Assembly: GCA_963737905.1 (NCBI GenBank)
Contig: CAVTUQ010000034.1
Location: 107,879-171,878 of the forward strand
Direction of reading: 5' to 3'
From: an uncultured delta proteobacterium
GTDB taxonomy: Bacteria; Desulfobacterota; Binatia; UBA9968
DNA length: 64,000 bases
Part shown: in pieces, positions 1-11,629 of the stretch
Layout of the letters: each line of letters starts with the position of its first letter
Numbering within the stretch: position 1 is the stretch's first letter
Notes under the pieces: generated by a model
Told to the model about the DNA's origin: nothing
What the model saw: only the letters and a program-made list of their open reading frames with translations
Database searches by the model: none
Translations under genes and position numbers: made by a program

Positions 1-113
1 AAATCCAGAATGAGCTAGCCCGGTTCATGAAAAACTCCCACAAGTCTGTTTTTTCAAGCAACTCCGATCCTACTATAAACGAGCCATGTGTGATCGGGGA
101 AACGTTGCTGAAA

Positions 114-142
114 TATTTCCTGAAGATTATATTTTTGAAAGG
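114..142. promoter_or_regulatory. Copy 1 of conserved ~29-bp intergenic motif (TATTTCCTGAAGATTATATTTTTGAAAGG)
   Basis: Aligns with copies at 10339, 12549 and 15669; intergenic and in the same orientation. Confidence 0.55.
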
Positions 143-424
143 GTTGAACGAAGCGAGAAAGGGCTTACGCGAGAAAGGTAAGGAGATGCCTAGAGCGAAT
201 TAGCTACATGAAGAGCTGCAGGATTACCGTAAAACCACAAAAGACAAGAGTCGGGAATCATATCGGCAGTGGAGGGGCGGAGCAGAAATAAGCCAGAATT
301 CGGACAATTGCGACGAGGGAGAATTACAGATGTGTATCCCCGTTTAGCGGGTGGCTGGCCGATCATCTCCTCATGCGGCTAGATTAGTGGTGTAATCCCG
401 ATTTGTCTGCGGCTTTCAGAAGGC

Positions 425-1321
425 TTACCAAGTGAATCCGACGGTTACGCCTGTTGCCCCCTGTCCTGGAAGCATAGGCAGGATAATCAGCGAAGTGGGT
501 TTTTCTCTTTGACGATGCAAGTAAAATAAAAGCTCCGTGGTTCCCGCGCCGACTAACGCTGAGCCCAAAATATCAGAGGCCCAGTGGGCATCTTTTCCCA
601 TCCGTCCTACGCCGGTCATCACCGCGAGGCTGTAAGCGGGGACCGCCGCCCACCAGTGATAATCAAACGCCTCACTGATGGCTGCGGCCGCCGCAAAAGT
701 CGGTGTGGTGTCACCGGAAACGAAGGACTGACCGCCCTGAAAAAAAGCCCGAGGACCGTCACCGGCATTGGGCCTTTTCCTACCGAAAGCGTACTTCATG
801 CCTACTGTTAAGAGCGACGACAATCCAATGCCTTCTATTCCTGTCAATACCGCGTGACGCGCCTCATCGTTATGCGAATAAAGACCCCACCCATAGATGA
901 CTCCCAAACTACCCATCGTAGTTCCCTGGCCAATAGCCGTTAAATGACCTGCAGTACTATCGGGAATATTTTTCGCATTGCGCCGAAGTGGATCATCTAA
1001 ACCGTAAATTGTAGCCGGGATAGTGCCAATAATGACGGTAGCAGTAAGGACATCCACTAAAGTCACCTCTTGAATTCGAAGCGGCAACTTAAGTATGTCT
1101 CCCGTGTCACTGTAGAGCGAGTGAAGGAGATAACTGCCATCATCAGCAAGCAAATGGAACAGGTTCCCACGGGCAAGATTGGCGGGCTGACCAGGACTCG
1201 CGGCAGAGTCCTGCGCGCTTGCATGGGAGTCAATACCGGGAGACATAGCAAAAACAAAAAGGAAGAGAATGTAAAATAGAGAGCTTAGCATTTCGTGTCT
1301 CCGACGAACTGTGCTTCCCAT
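425..1321 (-). CDS. PAP2-family (phosphatidic acid phosphatase/LpxE-like) membrane phosphatase
   Basis: C1 KYAFGRKRP, C2 variant FVSGD (normally PSGH), C3 RMGKDAHWASD; hydrophobic N-terminus; AGGAGG RBS upstream of the ATG at 1321. Confidence 0.85.
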   Translation of the reverse strand: MGSTVRRRHEMLSSLFYILFLFVFAMSPGIDSHASAQDSAASPGQPANLARGNLFHLLADDGSYLLHSLYSDTGDILKLPLRIQEVTLVDVLTATVIIGTIPATIYGLDDPLRRNAKNIPDSTAGHLTAIGQGTTMGSLGVIYGWGLYSHNDEARHAVLTGIEGIGLSSLLTVGMKYAFGRKRPNAGDGPRAFFQGGQSFVSGDTTPTFAAAAAISEAFDYHWWAAVPAYSLAVMTGVGRMGKDAHWASDILGSALVGAGTTELLFYLHRQREKPTSLIILPMLPGQGATGVTVGFTW

Positions 1322-1647
1322 GTCATCCTCCTTAGGACCGAAAATAAGGTCATCCAGTCATAGAGGAGGCTGCGGCAGGTCCTCATCTACTGGGACCCTA
1401 ATGAACATATTCGCACGGGCCATCGAGAAGGGCTTGGCCGGAAAGCCGACTGCCATTGAGTTGTTCGTAACTTCCCAGCGGCACACAAGTCGCCTCACAA
1501 CGGTTTGCGATTGACTGTTTCCGCCTGTGGTTGAGACCCGCCGGCTGCGTGTCGTACCGAACCGTGACAAACACTGGCGCGCATGTAACACATACGCGAC
1601 TCTCACCATTCTAGGCAGACTCAGGAGGGCCAACTATTGAGGAAATA

Positions 1648-1671
1648 AAGGACTAGCGTTTTCTAGCCCTT
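1648..1671. promoter_or_regulatory. Inverted repeat AAGGACTAG-N6-CTAGCCCTT, candidate operator
   Basis: 8/9 complementary arms, between the NarL-type regulator and the PAP2 gene. Confidence 0.35.
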
Positions 1672-1711
1672 GAGAGCTATCCCTGATGACTATCGTTGGA
1701 CTGGTTGATCG

Positions 1712-2383
1712 CTATTCGGCAGGGTTTTTCACGGCAAATATGCCTTGCTGGATCGCCAGGGCCGCAGCTTGTACACGGTTTTGGAGATGAAGTTTTCCGA
1801 GGATACTTTTGAGATGATTCTTTACGGTATTCTCCGCAATGTCCAATCTCGAGCCGATTTCTTTATTGGTGAGCCCCGCCGCCAAAAGTTGAAGCACCTC
1901 TTTCTCTCGTTCCGTGAGATCATCGACCGGAGTGGTTTCGGAATGTTTTGATGCCCGAGCGGCAAACTCTTTCAAAATTCTCGCGGCGGTCGCTCCGGAA
2001 AGAGGCGCCTCACCGCGGAAAACTCCTACAAGCAACTCCCGAAGCTTTTCAGGCTCGACTTTTTTTGAAAGATACCCGTGGGCTCCGCATTTGATGGCTT
2101 CGAAGAGGTCCTTATCCTCCTCCGAGATCGTTAAGATGACTATGCGCGTCGCGGGTAAGGCGCTGGTAATCTGGCGCGTGGCCTCCAACCCGTTGACGAC
2201 CGGCATATGAATGTCCATCAAAACCAGGTCGGGTTTGCTAGCCGCAGCCTTCGCGATGGCTTCTGCGCCGGTTTCCGCTTCGCCTATGATCTCGAAACAT
2301 TTTTCTTTTTCGAGGAGGCTGGCCAAGCCCTTTCTGAAGAGAGTGTGGTCGTCAGCCAGCAGCAGACGAATGTTTTTCATCAT
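1712..2383 (-). CDS. NarL/FixJ-family response regulator (REC + LuxR HTH)
   Basis: LLADDH, DLVLMDIHMP, LTEREKEVL...GLTNKEI...TVKNHLKSILGKL. Confidence 0.95.
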   Translation of the reverse strand: MMKNIRLLLADDHTLFRKGLASLLEKEKCFEIIGEAETGAEAIAKAAASKPDLVLMDIHMPVVNGLEATRQITSALPATRIVILTISEEDKDLFEAIKCGAHGYLSKKVEPEKLRELLVGVFRGEAPLSGATAARILKEFAARASKHSETTPVDDLTEREKEVLQLLAAGLTNKEIGSRLDIAENTVKNHLKSILGKLHLQNRVQAAALAIQQGIFAVKNPAE

Positions 2384-3876
2384 ATTCTCGCCGTGCGAGC
2401 GGCAGCTGGATAAACACTCGGGTCCCCTGTCCCGGCCCGCTGCTAATGCTGAGCTTCCCGCCCGCAGATTTTGCGCGATCTTTCATGGTCTTGAGGCCAA
2501 ACCGCAAGTGCGTTTCTGAGGTTCTATCCGCGAACCCCCTTCCATCATCTGCGATGGTTATGTTGGCAGTCTCTCCGTCGGCCGTTATCGTGACCTTCCC
2601 TTTCGTTGCGTCGGCGTGTTTAACGATGTTAGTGAGGGCCTCATGGATGATTCGGATTAACTGGATTTCAACTGGCGACGAGAAATTAATCGTTTCAGGA
2701 TGATCCACTTTGAGCTCCACCGGGATTCCCTTTACCTCGCTGAAGTCCCTGAGGTAATCATCGAGCGCGGCGACCAATCCGGGTTGATTCCCCAGTGCGA
2801 GAGCGCGCAAGCCAAATATGGATTCCCGGAGGTTTTGATAGGCTTCGTCTACGGTCTTAAACAATTCGGTCAAGATATTTTTTGTTTTAGTCGATGCATG
2901 CTTCCCCAAGCTCGTGTCGGCCTCAATCAGTTTGAGACGGAAGCAGGCCAAGTCCTGGGCGAGGCTGTCGTGAAGTTCGCAAGCCAATCTTTCCCTTTCC
3001 TCTAACATCGCCAGTCCTTTTAATTTTTCTTCATGCTCTCTTAGCTGCTTGGCCATGCGATTGAACGCATGGCTCAAGAACCGATTTCATCCGTCGAAGT
3101 GACCGGTACGGTCTTCGACAGATCCCCTTTCGCAATTTCGCTGGAACGCTCGGCGAGCTGCCGTAGCGGTAGAACGATCGCACGGTGAAAATAGCGTTTT
3201 GACGCCAATAGGAAGAGGGTGCCGATCAGAACCAATGCGACATTAAATCCCATCGTCAGTCGCATTTTTCGCCGCGTTTCCGAAACCAGCCGATCTTCGA
3301 CGCTCTCGTGCTCCATGCTGATCCGGTCGGCGAAGACTTGGATTCGATGCTGTATGCTCTCCATCACTTCCAAGTCATGGATGTTCACTTCGCTCCCCGG
3401 CCGCCCTAGGCCATGTTGTGTTCGGCTAACGATTCTTGCTGAAACACCTTCGGCATCGGCGATCATCTCCTGCATCTCTTGGATATTTCGCGCCTCTCGC
3501 CAGACTTTTTGTAAAGAGTTAACAAGGTGTCAAAGTCTTTTGAGGAAGTCTTGACCAGAGAATCCGGAATTGCCCTGCCTTGTAGTTGGGCCAGCTGTAT
3601 TTCCGCAGTGAAAGACTGTAGGCCGCTATCGATTTGTTCGACAAATTGCACCTGTTCGCTCTGTCTCGCTATGACATCTGATTTGAGCAGATGAGATCTG
3701 AGCAGGTAAAAGGAAGTACCTCCAACCACGACGACTAGTATGAACAGGAAAATAAAAACGAAGCTTAATTTGCGGTCTATTCGTCCTGTGAATTCCCTGC
3801 TTGCGTCTTCGTGTAGCTCGATCCCGCTCCCTCTTGTGGGAGGCGATTTCCGGAACCGAGCCAGCAGAGATAACAT
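2352..3876 (-). CDS. NarX-like membrane sensor histidine kinase (2 TM, HAMP, HisKA_3, HATPase); split by two frameshifts
   Basis: ORF pieces 3463-3876 (TM1), 3074-3475 (TM2 + HAMP ...DEIG) and 2352-3077 (ERERLACELHDSLAQ, EALTNIVKHA, DDGRGF, GLKTMKDRA). Confidence 0.88.
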
Positions 3877-3970
3877 GGAGATCAGATCCTACTATAGCAC
3901 TCGCAATCAGACAATCATCCGGCCGGCATCGGCCCACGGACACGAAGCCCTGGTTAGTGGATTTTCACCT

Positions 3971-4747
3971 TCATGGTGTGACGAGATTGCCCATGACTTT
4001 TCCGGCAAAGTGGGTATGCATTCGCCGCGGTGTGAATTTCAGCAAGTAGACCAGCAGCCGGTTATGCCAGCCCGGAATCGCGACGGATGTCTTGCCCAAT
4101 TTTTTCAGAGCCAGGCGGACGACGGGTTCAACCGCCATCGCCGCGACTGGGCGGGAGCCGGCGATTTCGTGGATCGGTGTCCGTTGAGCCTGGACACTGC
4201 GCCAGGACATCCACTCCTTCTTTTCCTAGCTCGTACCTTAAAGACTCGGCCAAAAAGAGCTCATATACTTTGCTTGCGGCATAACTCGACTCGTACGGAG
4301 TCGCAATGTAACCGCTTACGGATGACACGAATATAATTCCGCCTCGCTTTCGTTGTGCCATTTGGCGCCCGAAGACATGCGTCAGAATAAGAGGCGCGCG
4401 GCAATTGACGTCCAGGAGCGCCAGTTCTTTCTTCACTTCATGCTCTAAAAACTTACCTGCTATGCCGAATCCCGCATTGTTGACCAGAAGCCCCACGTCG
4501 ATAGATTCCGTTCTTGAGAGAATCAACGAAGAAAGTCAGGTTGGGACAAGTCAGCAATAATCGTTCTGACTTGGATTTTGCTTGTGCTTTCTAGCCGCCC
4601 TGCCAACTCTTCGATTCTCTCCCTGCGCCGCGCGACGAGCACCAAATTCAAACCCATCGCCGCCAACTGGCTAGAAAACTCGGCGCCGATACCCGCAGAG
4701 GCTCCGGTGACAAGCGCCCACGGTCCGTAGCGTTCTACAAATGTCAT
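3971..4747 (-). CDS. SDR-family oxidoreductase; split by two frameshifts
   Basis: [14 protein letters not shown] and YAASK motifs across ORFs 4523-4747, 4128-4526 and 3971-4210. Confidence 0.88.
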
Positions 4748-4785
4748 ACCTGCAACTCTCGATCTTTAACCATGCCAGAGTCCGC

Positions 4786-7700
4786 CTAAGAGGCTATTAT
4801 CCCGCTGGGTGGATGCATTCTCAACATCGCCAGCAGAGCAGGGAGCACAATCAGTACCAGGGGCAGTTGGACCGCCAGTCCGGAAATTATCGCAATCGCC
4901 AACGGTTGCTGCATGGCCGCGCCCTGGCCTATCCCCAACGCCAGAGGGAGAAGCGCAAAGACCGCAGCGAGCGTGGTCATGGCGATAGGCCGCATGCGGT
5001 TGTGACCCGCCATGATCAGCCGGGTCGTTTGATCCTTCTCGCTCGCAAGATCGACGTATTCCGAATAATAAAATATGGCTACTTCGGTGACGATGCCGAC
5101 GATCATGGTCATTCCCATCATCGACGTTATATTCATCTCCGTGCCCGTCATCCAGAGCCCTACAAACACCGCCGAAAGCGCGAGTAGAGTGGTGACAAGC
5201 ATGGCGCAAGCCACGCGGAAGCTCTCTAAAGAAAAAGCAAGAGAAGAAAAACCAGAGCGCCGCCGCCAAAAATACCGCAACCAGCCCGGCAAAGGCCTTC
5301 TGTTGCTCCGCGTATAGCCCGCCCAAGTTATAATAAACCCCCTTCGGCACAAGCTCTGGGCGATTGAGCACCTGTTTCACTTCGGCGATCACCGAGCCGA
5401 TATCGCGGCCGCTGATCCGTCCCGTGACCGCGACCATGCGTTTGAGGTCGTCGCGCGTGATCTCCGGCTGACCGGTCAGGACTGTAAGTGTGGCGACTCG
5501 CTTGAGAGGAAAGAGATGCCCGTCCGGAGCGCGCAAGCGCAGATTTTCAATGTCCGTTTCCGTGGTCCGCAGATCGCGAGGAATCCATGCCCTCACGCCG
5601 ATCATCTTAGGACCGCTCTGAATTTGGCTCGTCACCACGCCGGTCAAGGAGTCGGAGAGCATGTGGGTGATTCCATCAGGATCCGTGCCTTCCAAGCTCG
5701 CCTTGACTCGGTCGACCTGGATGTCGAGGGCATCACCGGCCAAGACGATGCCAGACTTTACATCCACGACCCCGGGAATTTTCTCAATCGCAGTGGCTAC
5801 CGCCGGTCCAAGTTTTCCCAAAAGATTGCCATCATCGGAATACAGCTTGATCTCGATCGGCTGCGGCACCGCGGTAAGGTCGCCGATGAGATCCTCCATC
5901 AATTGCGCCAGCTCGATCTGCAGCCCGGAACCTCGTGTTCCACCCGTTAGCGGACCTCGTCCATCACGGTGTCGCTATCGCGTCGCGGGAAAGGTTTCAG
6001 GCGGATAAAAAAATCGCCCGTGTTGGCTTCGGTCAATCCGCCGCCGAGCTGCAGGCCCGTGCGCCGGGAATACGGTTGCACCTCCGGCGTTGCGTGTAGG
6101 ATCGCTTCTACTTGGCGCAGCAGCCGATCCGTTTCCGTGAGCGAAGTGCCCGGCTCCGAACGGTAATCGAGGACAAAGCCTCCCTCGTCCATGGAGGGCA
6201 TAAAGCCGGAGCCCACTAGCGATACCCGATCCAGCCCGCGGCGAGAGCAGCAGGACGACGACCAGAACCAACCAGGGGCGTATGAGCACTCGAACCATCG
6301 TCGCTTGATAAGCCTGGCGGAATCGTTGGGCGAAACGGCCGATTCCTTTTTCCCGAGCATCCTTTGCGTTTAGAAAACGATCCGCCAGGAGCGGCTTCGC
6401 CAGCCACGCAACAAGGAATGAGATGATCAGGCTTGTCGCCATGGTCAGGGAAAGTGCTTTGAAGAAACTCCCGGTCACACCTGAAAGGAAGGCGAGGGGC
6501 ACGAAGATGATGATCGTGCCTCCGGACGAACCCGCGGGGGCCTGGGTGAACTCTGCTGCGGCCCACATCACCCGGCCATGATGATCCCGTGCGCGCGCGC
6601 AGCCGGCGCATGATATGCTCCACCATGACGATGGCATCGTCGATGATGAGACCGACGGCGGCGGCCATTCCACCCAGGGTCATGATATTGAAGCTCATGT
6701 GGGAAACGTAGAGCAGAAGCACGGTGGCTGCAAGCACCCCCGGCACGAAAGATCGGCGACAAGGTGATTTTCAAGTTACGCAGAAAGAGGAGCAAGATCA
6801 GCACGGCCAAGATAATGCCGATCAGAATGGCATCGCGCACGCTGGCTGCCGAGGCAAAATCAGTTCGCTCTGGTCATACCAGTTGGCGATCTTGACACCG
6901 GGGGGCAACCGCTTGCGAAACTCGGCGAGCTTGGCTTTAGCTCGCTGGCGATCCCACCGTGTTACCGCCGGGCTGCTGATGGACTTGAAAAACAGGCGTC
7001 ACGACCGTCGGCCGTAACGGGGGTCCACTGCGGCGCCGTGCCTTGCTCACCGTCGCGACATCTTCAACCGGATATCCCGCCCGTTCTCGGAACGAAGAAT
7101 AGTCTCACGATCTGTCCGGATCGAGGAGGCGCGTATCGCACACGGCCAGATAGAGCTTGTAATGATCTTCCAGGCGACCGACGGAAGCGATCACGTTGGT
7201 GGCTGTAAGGGACCTTGTCACGTCGCTCAGGGATAAACCGTATGCGGCAAGATGAGGGATTCACATTCACCCGGTATTCTCCTGTGCGCCGCCGAGACTT
7301 CGATCTGGCCACGCCGGTCACGGTCGAGAGCAAGGGGCGTAGCTGGTACAGCGCAAATCTCGCAGTTCGACCAGAGACTGAGTATCCGACGTGAGGCTAT
7401 AAGCCAGGACCGGAAAGACTCGGCTCCATGCGCCGGGCGTTAAAGGTCGTCCCTTGGGGCAGAGTCGGCATACCTGCGTAATGGCAGACTCGATTTGGAA
7501 CAGCGCGGACACCATATTCTCTCCCCAGTCGAAATTGACCGCGACCTCGGCGCTCCCCCTGGTCGTAGTCGAGCGCATGTTAAGCACCCAGGAACCGCTC
7601 GCACCGATTCTTCAACGGGCCCCGTAACCTCTATCACCATTCGTTCCGCCGGACGGTCGCCGGCATCGATATTGATCCTGACCCGGGGAAAATTCGTGCG

Positions 7701-7808
7701 GGAAGAGAGACACCGGCAATGTTAATGGCGCCCAACCCGCCAAAAATGAAAACTGCCACCAGAAAAAAAACTGATCGCCGGTGCGCATGTACCCACGATA
7801 AAGATCAT
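4786..7808 (-). CDS. RND efflux permease (AcrB/CusA/CzcA family); multiple frameshifts
   Basis: GDRPAERMVIEVTGPVEE, GLIIDDAIVMVEHI, GFMPSMDEG and RMRPIAMTTLAA pieces in register; ATG at 7808 overlaps the MFP stop (ATGA). Confidence 0.88.
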
Positions 7809-8880
7809 CGGGACGGCGCCACCTTGACGGCCATCTTGTCTTTCAGCTCGTAATTGCCGACCCACGACGTGCGGGCCGGGTTGAAGATCTTTGCCGCTCA
7901 CATTGATCTCTGTGCTTTCTCCAGACCGATTTTCACCTTATGTTTCCGCCCGGCCGTCCTTGACGGTAAAGAGATAATTTGGCCTCCCTCAGGGAGTATG
8001 GCTGACCTGGGCACAAGCAATCCTTGAACCGGGGCGATGAAATTTTGCCCAGAACGGACTCGTTAAGCAGAAACCCCCCCGCTGAAGGCAGAGCGACAAA
8101 CCCGTCGACCACACGGTTCGTCGCAGGGGTGCCGGGAAAGCGTGCGAATTTCGCCCTTCCCGGTGTCCCCGGCACGTTTACGTTCCCAAGACGAACTTCC
8201 GCCCTCTTGACTTTAACGAGGTCTCCGGTTCCACGCCGAGGCGAGCTTCCAGCCGGCTTTGAGCCACATTTCGAACAGGGCGTTCCCGGCGGGAACGATC
8301 GCCCCTCTTTGAACGGCAACGTTGTTCACCAAGCCTTCCACATCGGCATGTATCTTTTGCGGCGCGCTCGCTGCCCCGCTCTCTCATGTTCTCGAATCGC
8401 GCTCGAGCCTGCTCCAGCGCCTGTTTCGCTTGCAGTAGTTGGTCGTTGGTCGCAAGCTGGAGATCGAAGCGTTGCCTGCACAAACTTCAACGCTTTTTTC
8501 GCTGTTTCATAAATATTGTGCGCTTGACGGGATTTAAGACGGGTCTCCGGACTCGGCTCGATCTCCAGCAACGGATCCCCTCGCGAACGTCTTGTCCCAC
8601 GTTCACCATAACACGTTGACCCGGCTTTCAAAAGGCACGGAGACGTTGCAGGGCCCCCGCCGCGGGCACGATCTGCCGTAAACGGTGATCTCTTCAGAGA
8701 GCGCCCTGCTGATTCGCGCAACTTTTACACACGCGACGGTGCTGGCGAGGTTTTCGCCTGATCTGCGGCCTTATTAGCATCTTCATTGGACAGGCCGCCC
8801 TGGAAACGCCACAAGTATCCAGCTGGGACTTACCAGGACGACTACGATGAGAGTACCCCAGGACCTTCGGCTCCTCTTAC
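7805..8880 (-). CDS. RND membrane fusion protein (periplasmic adaptor); heavily frameshifted, start approximate
   Basis: GDPLLEIEPSPET, QRFDLQLATNDQLLQAKQALEQA and C-terminal GNYELKDKMAV; lies between the OMF and the RND permease. Confidence 0.72.
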
Positions 8881-10271
8881 GTTCCCTTCTCCTTGTCTCC
8901 CATGGTGTCCCAAATCCAATGTCCCGCAGCGATCTCAAGGCCGATATTCAGGTCGGCGAGATGGCCCTTTCGGTCGGAAAGTTCCAACTGTTTGGAAATC
9001 ATTCGCTGCGTGCGTTGTAATAGGTCACACGATCAGCATTGCCTTCGAGTAAGGCCTCACGATACGATCTACGACAATCTCCCGCCTCGGGATCGCCTCT
9101 TCGGCCCCCTCGATCTGTCGCTATTGAGCTCAAATCCGCGATATTGCGTGCAATCTCGCCTCGTGCTTCGAAGAGACGGGCCATATATTCGTCGAAGAGT
9201 TGCTTCCGTGTCGCGTCTTAATCGCAATACTGCCCTGGTTTCGATCGAAGAACGGCAGATCGAGTGTGATTCCGAAACCCGTGGTAACAACGTCGGTATT
9301 GTCCCGGGCCCTCGAAAGCCCAATGGTGAGCTTGGGAAACTGGCCGAGAACGGCGGCTCTGAACTTTCCTTCCTGGCTCAGATATCCTTTTTTGAGCGCG
9401 AGCAGATCCAACCGCCTTTCTTCCAGGCCATTGGTCGATTTCTCAACTGTAGGAGCGTAATCAGATCGGGAGGCGAAGTATTATGTCCCAAGGGAAAAAT
9501 TTCGAGGCGGGAAAATCCAACGACTGATTCAGAGAAAGATGTCCTCTTCGCGCTGCCGGTCGATGGTAAGCCGGCGGGCGATCCGTTTCAATGCCGTCTC
9601 TGCGGCGGCCAGTCCACCATCGTCAGGACCCCGAGATCGACGCCGCGTTTAATCCGATCGAGGTCTTCCTCAGGTCCTCGACTTCGTTTCTGGCAATTCT
9701 CAGTTCTCTTCTCGAGGAAGACAGGTTATACACTTGGATCTTTGGCGCTGAGCGAACTGCCATTCCTGCCAGGCTATGTCGAGGTCGACCGCGGCCACGT
9801 CAGCTTGAGCGGATGCTAATTTGGCATTGCGAGAAATCAGCGAAGTAATCTCCCAATTCAGGCCTTATGTTGAAGCCATTGAACAGCTCCTTGAGTCGCG
9901 CCGGCTGTGGGTACGTCGAGACCGTATGTATAATTGCGGGTTGGGAAGGACGCCGGCTTGTAGAAGTTGCGCCGCGACAATTTTTCGCTGATCGCGACTT
10001 GCGCGCAGCTTGGGATTGGCAATCACCGCGAGGATCGCCGCTTCGTCGGGGGACAAGCCATCGTCGATATCGAATTCGATGGGTTTCAGGATGGGATGCC
10101 GAATCGTCTTTTGCCTGGACCTGTATGGCTTCCATGCTCGGCGTCGCAAGCCGTGCGGCGACCGCGGCTTGACTCCAACGGCATGGGCTGATATGTCGCG
10201 CAGGCTTGAATCAAAAACAGCAGTAGGCAGAGCCAAGGCCATGAAAGTGTTTTTGCAATTGATGGAGCCAT
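8877..10271 (-). CDS. TolC-family outer membrane efflux lipoprotein; frameshifted
   Basis: Lipobox IQAC, LSPDEAAILAVIANPKL, AGVLPNPQL, LDLPFFDRNQG. Confidence 0.8.
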
Positions 10272-10338
10272 CTTAAAAATGGAATGATCAGAGTTTGGCA
10301 TGATGATGGGCACAGATAAAGGAAGAGTCTTAACTGTG

Positions 10339-10367
10339 CCTTTCACAGAAATTACATCTTTGAAAGG
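10339..10367. promoter_or_regulatory. Copy 2 of ~29-bp motif (CCTTTCACAGAAATTACATCTTTGAAAGG)
   Basis: About 70 bp upstream of the TolC-RND operon start; perfect 7-bp terminal inverted repeat. Confidence 0.6.
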
Positions 10368-10795
10368 TCGGCAGGCTAGACAGAAAAGGCATTCGTGAGT
10401 GAAAAACGTTAAAGTTGGAAAAATACCCTCGAAGAGCGCGCGCATATCAGCCGGGTTCGGGAACAGTAGTAACTACGTTTAAAATTTATCTGCCGCCGGA
10501 ACGGGAACATGTCGACGCTAAGGGTAGGGTGGAGAAGACAATCAAAGCTCTGATCTGATCGCAGTTGCTATCGACCGTCGGACCGTTGAGAATCATCGGC
10601 AGGCTACGCCCGAACTCAATCCCTCTTCTCACAAGCATTGATTCGTTCAAACCGGTTTTACAATGGTCTGGACGGAGATGCGCTGCGAGGGCGTTAGAGA
10701 GGTCGGCCGCCGATGCCGGCGGTATTTGGCGCCACCGAGAAACGTTGACAAGTTCGGATCGCTAGTGGATATTGCAGCCGAATCGGGATTCATTG

Positions 10796-11629
10796 ATGGA
10801 GAGTATTCCGCACAAGGAGGCTGGAGTCCGCCACGACCGAATTGCCGCTCCCGACTACGACGAGAACGATTCGATTTTTGAAATAGACCATCTTTCCCTG
10901 GCCTATCCCAACGGTCGCGACCGTCCGGCCATAGACATCTTAAACGACATCTCCTTCACCATGGAGCGCGGCAGCGCACTCACAATCATCGGTCCATCCG
11001 GTTCTGGAAAGTCAAGCGTGCTTCGCTGTCTCAATCGCCTCGCCGAGCCAACCGCCGGGACCGTGCGATTTGATGGACGCGACGTCAGATCGTTTGATCC
11101 CCGTGAACTGCGGTGTCGCGTCGCTCTCGTCATGCAGACACCGGTGATGTTTGAAGGAACAGTCCGCGATAATCTGTGCATCCGTCCTGCGGATATAACC
11201 GGCGACTATTCTGATAAGCGATTAACAGAGACACTCGATGAGGTGGGACTCGCGTCAATGCTCCTCGACCGCCAGGCGACAACACTCTCCGGAGGAGAGC
11301 GGCAGCGTGTCACGATCGCGCGGGCGCTGCTGCGTGATCCACAAGCCCTTCTCCTTGACGAGCCCACATCGGCGCTCGACCCGCCGAACGCGCTTCTCAT
11401 AGTCGAGACTGTGTCACGCCTTCGAGCGGCGCGTGGCCTGAGCATCGTCGCCGTGACGCATCAGCCTGATCTCGTTTACCGGTTTGGCGGCGGATTGCTT
11501 TATTTGATCAAGGGACGCGTCGAGGCGTTCAGGTCGCTCGGCGATCCACGTGGCGGCGATGCCCTCGATGTGGGCCTTCAGACGTTTCTGGCGGGAGAGA
11601 AGGTCACCGGCGGAGGTGATCGTTCGTGA
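10796..11629 (+). CDS. ABC transporter ATPase (FetA/YbbL/STAR1-like)
   Basis: GPSGSGKS, LSGGERQ, LLLDEPT; overlaps the start of the UPF0014 permease. Confidence 0.9.
   Translation: MESIPHKEAGVRHDRIAAPDYDENDSIFEIDHLSLAYPNGRDRPAIDILNDISFTMERGSALTIIGPSGSGKSSVLRCLNRLAEPTAGTVRFDGRDVRSFDPRELRCRVALVMQTPVMFEGTVRDNLCIRPADITGDYSDKRLTETLDEVGLASMLLDRQATTLSGGERQRVTIARALLRDPQALLLDEPTSALDPPNALLIVETVSRLRAARGLSIVAVTHQPDLVYRFGGGLLYLIKGRVEAFRSLGDPRGGDALDVGLQTFLAGEKVTGGGDRS

Noticed and set aside
1330-1630. Possible riboswitch or 91-aa ORF upstream of PAP2
   Set aside because: No match by eye to M-box, cobalamin, c-di-GMP, yybP-ykoY or NiCo cores; the ORF has no recognisable motif or RBS
8893-9819. 308-aa plus-strand ORF and other long antisense ORFs (e.g. 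20097-21083, 32762-33706, 45222-46409)
   Set aside because: Shadow ORFs opposite well-supported genes in GC-rich DNA; no motifs
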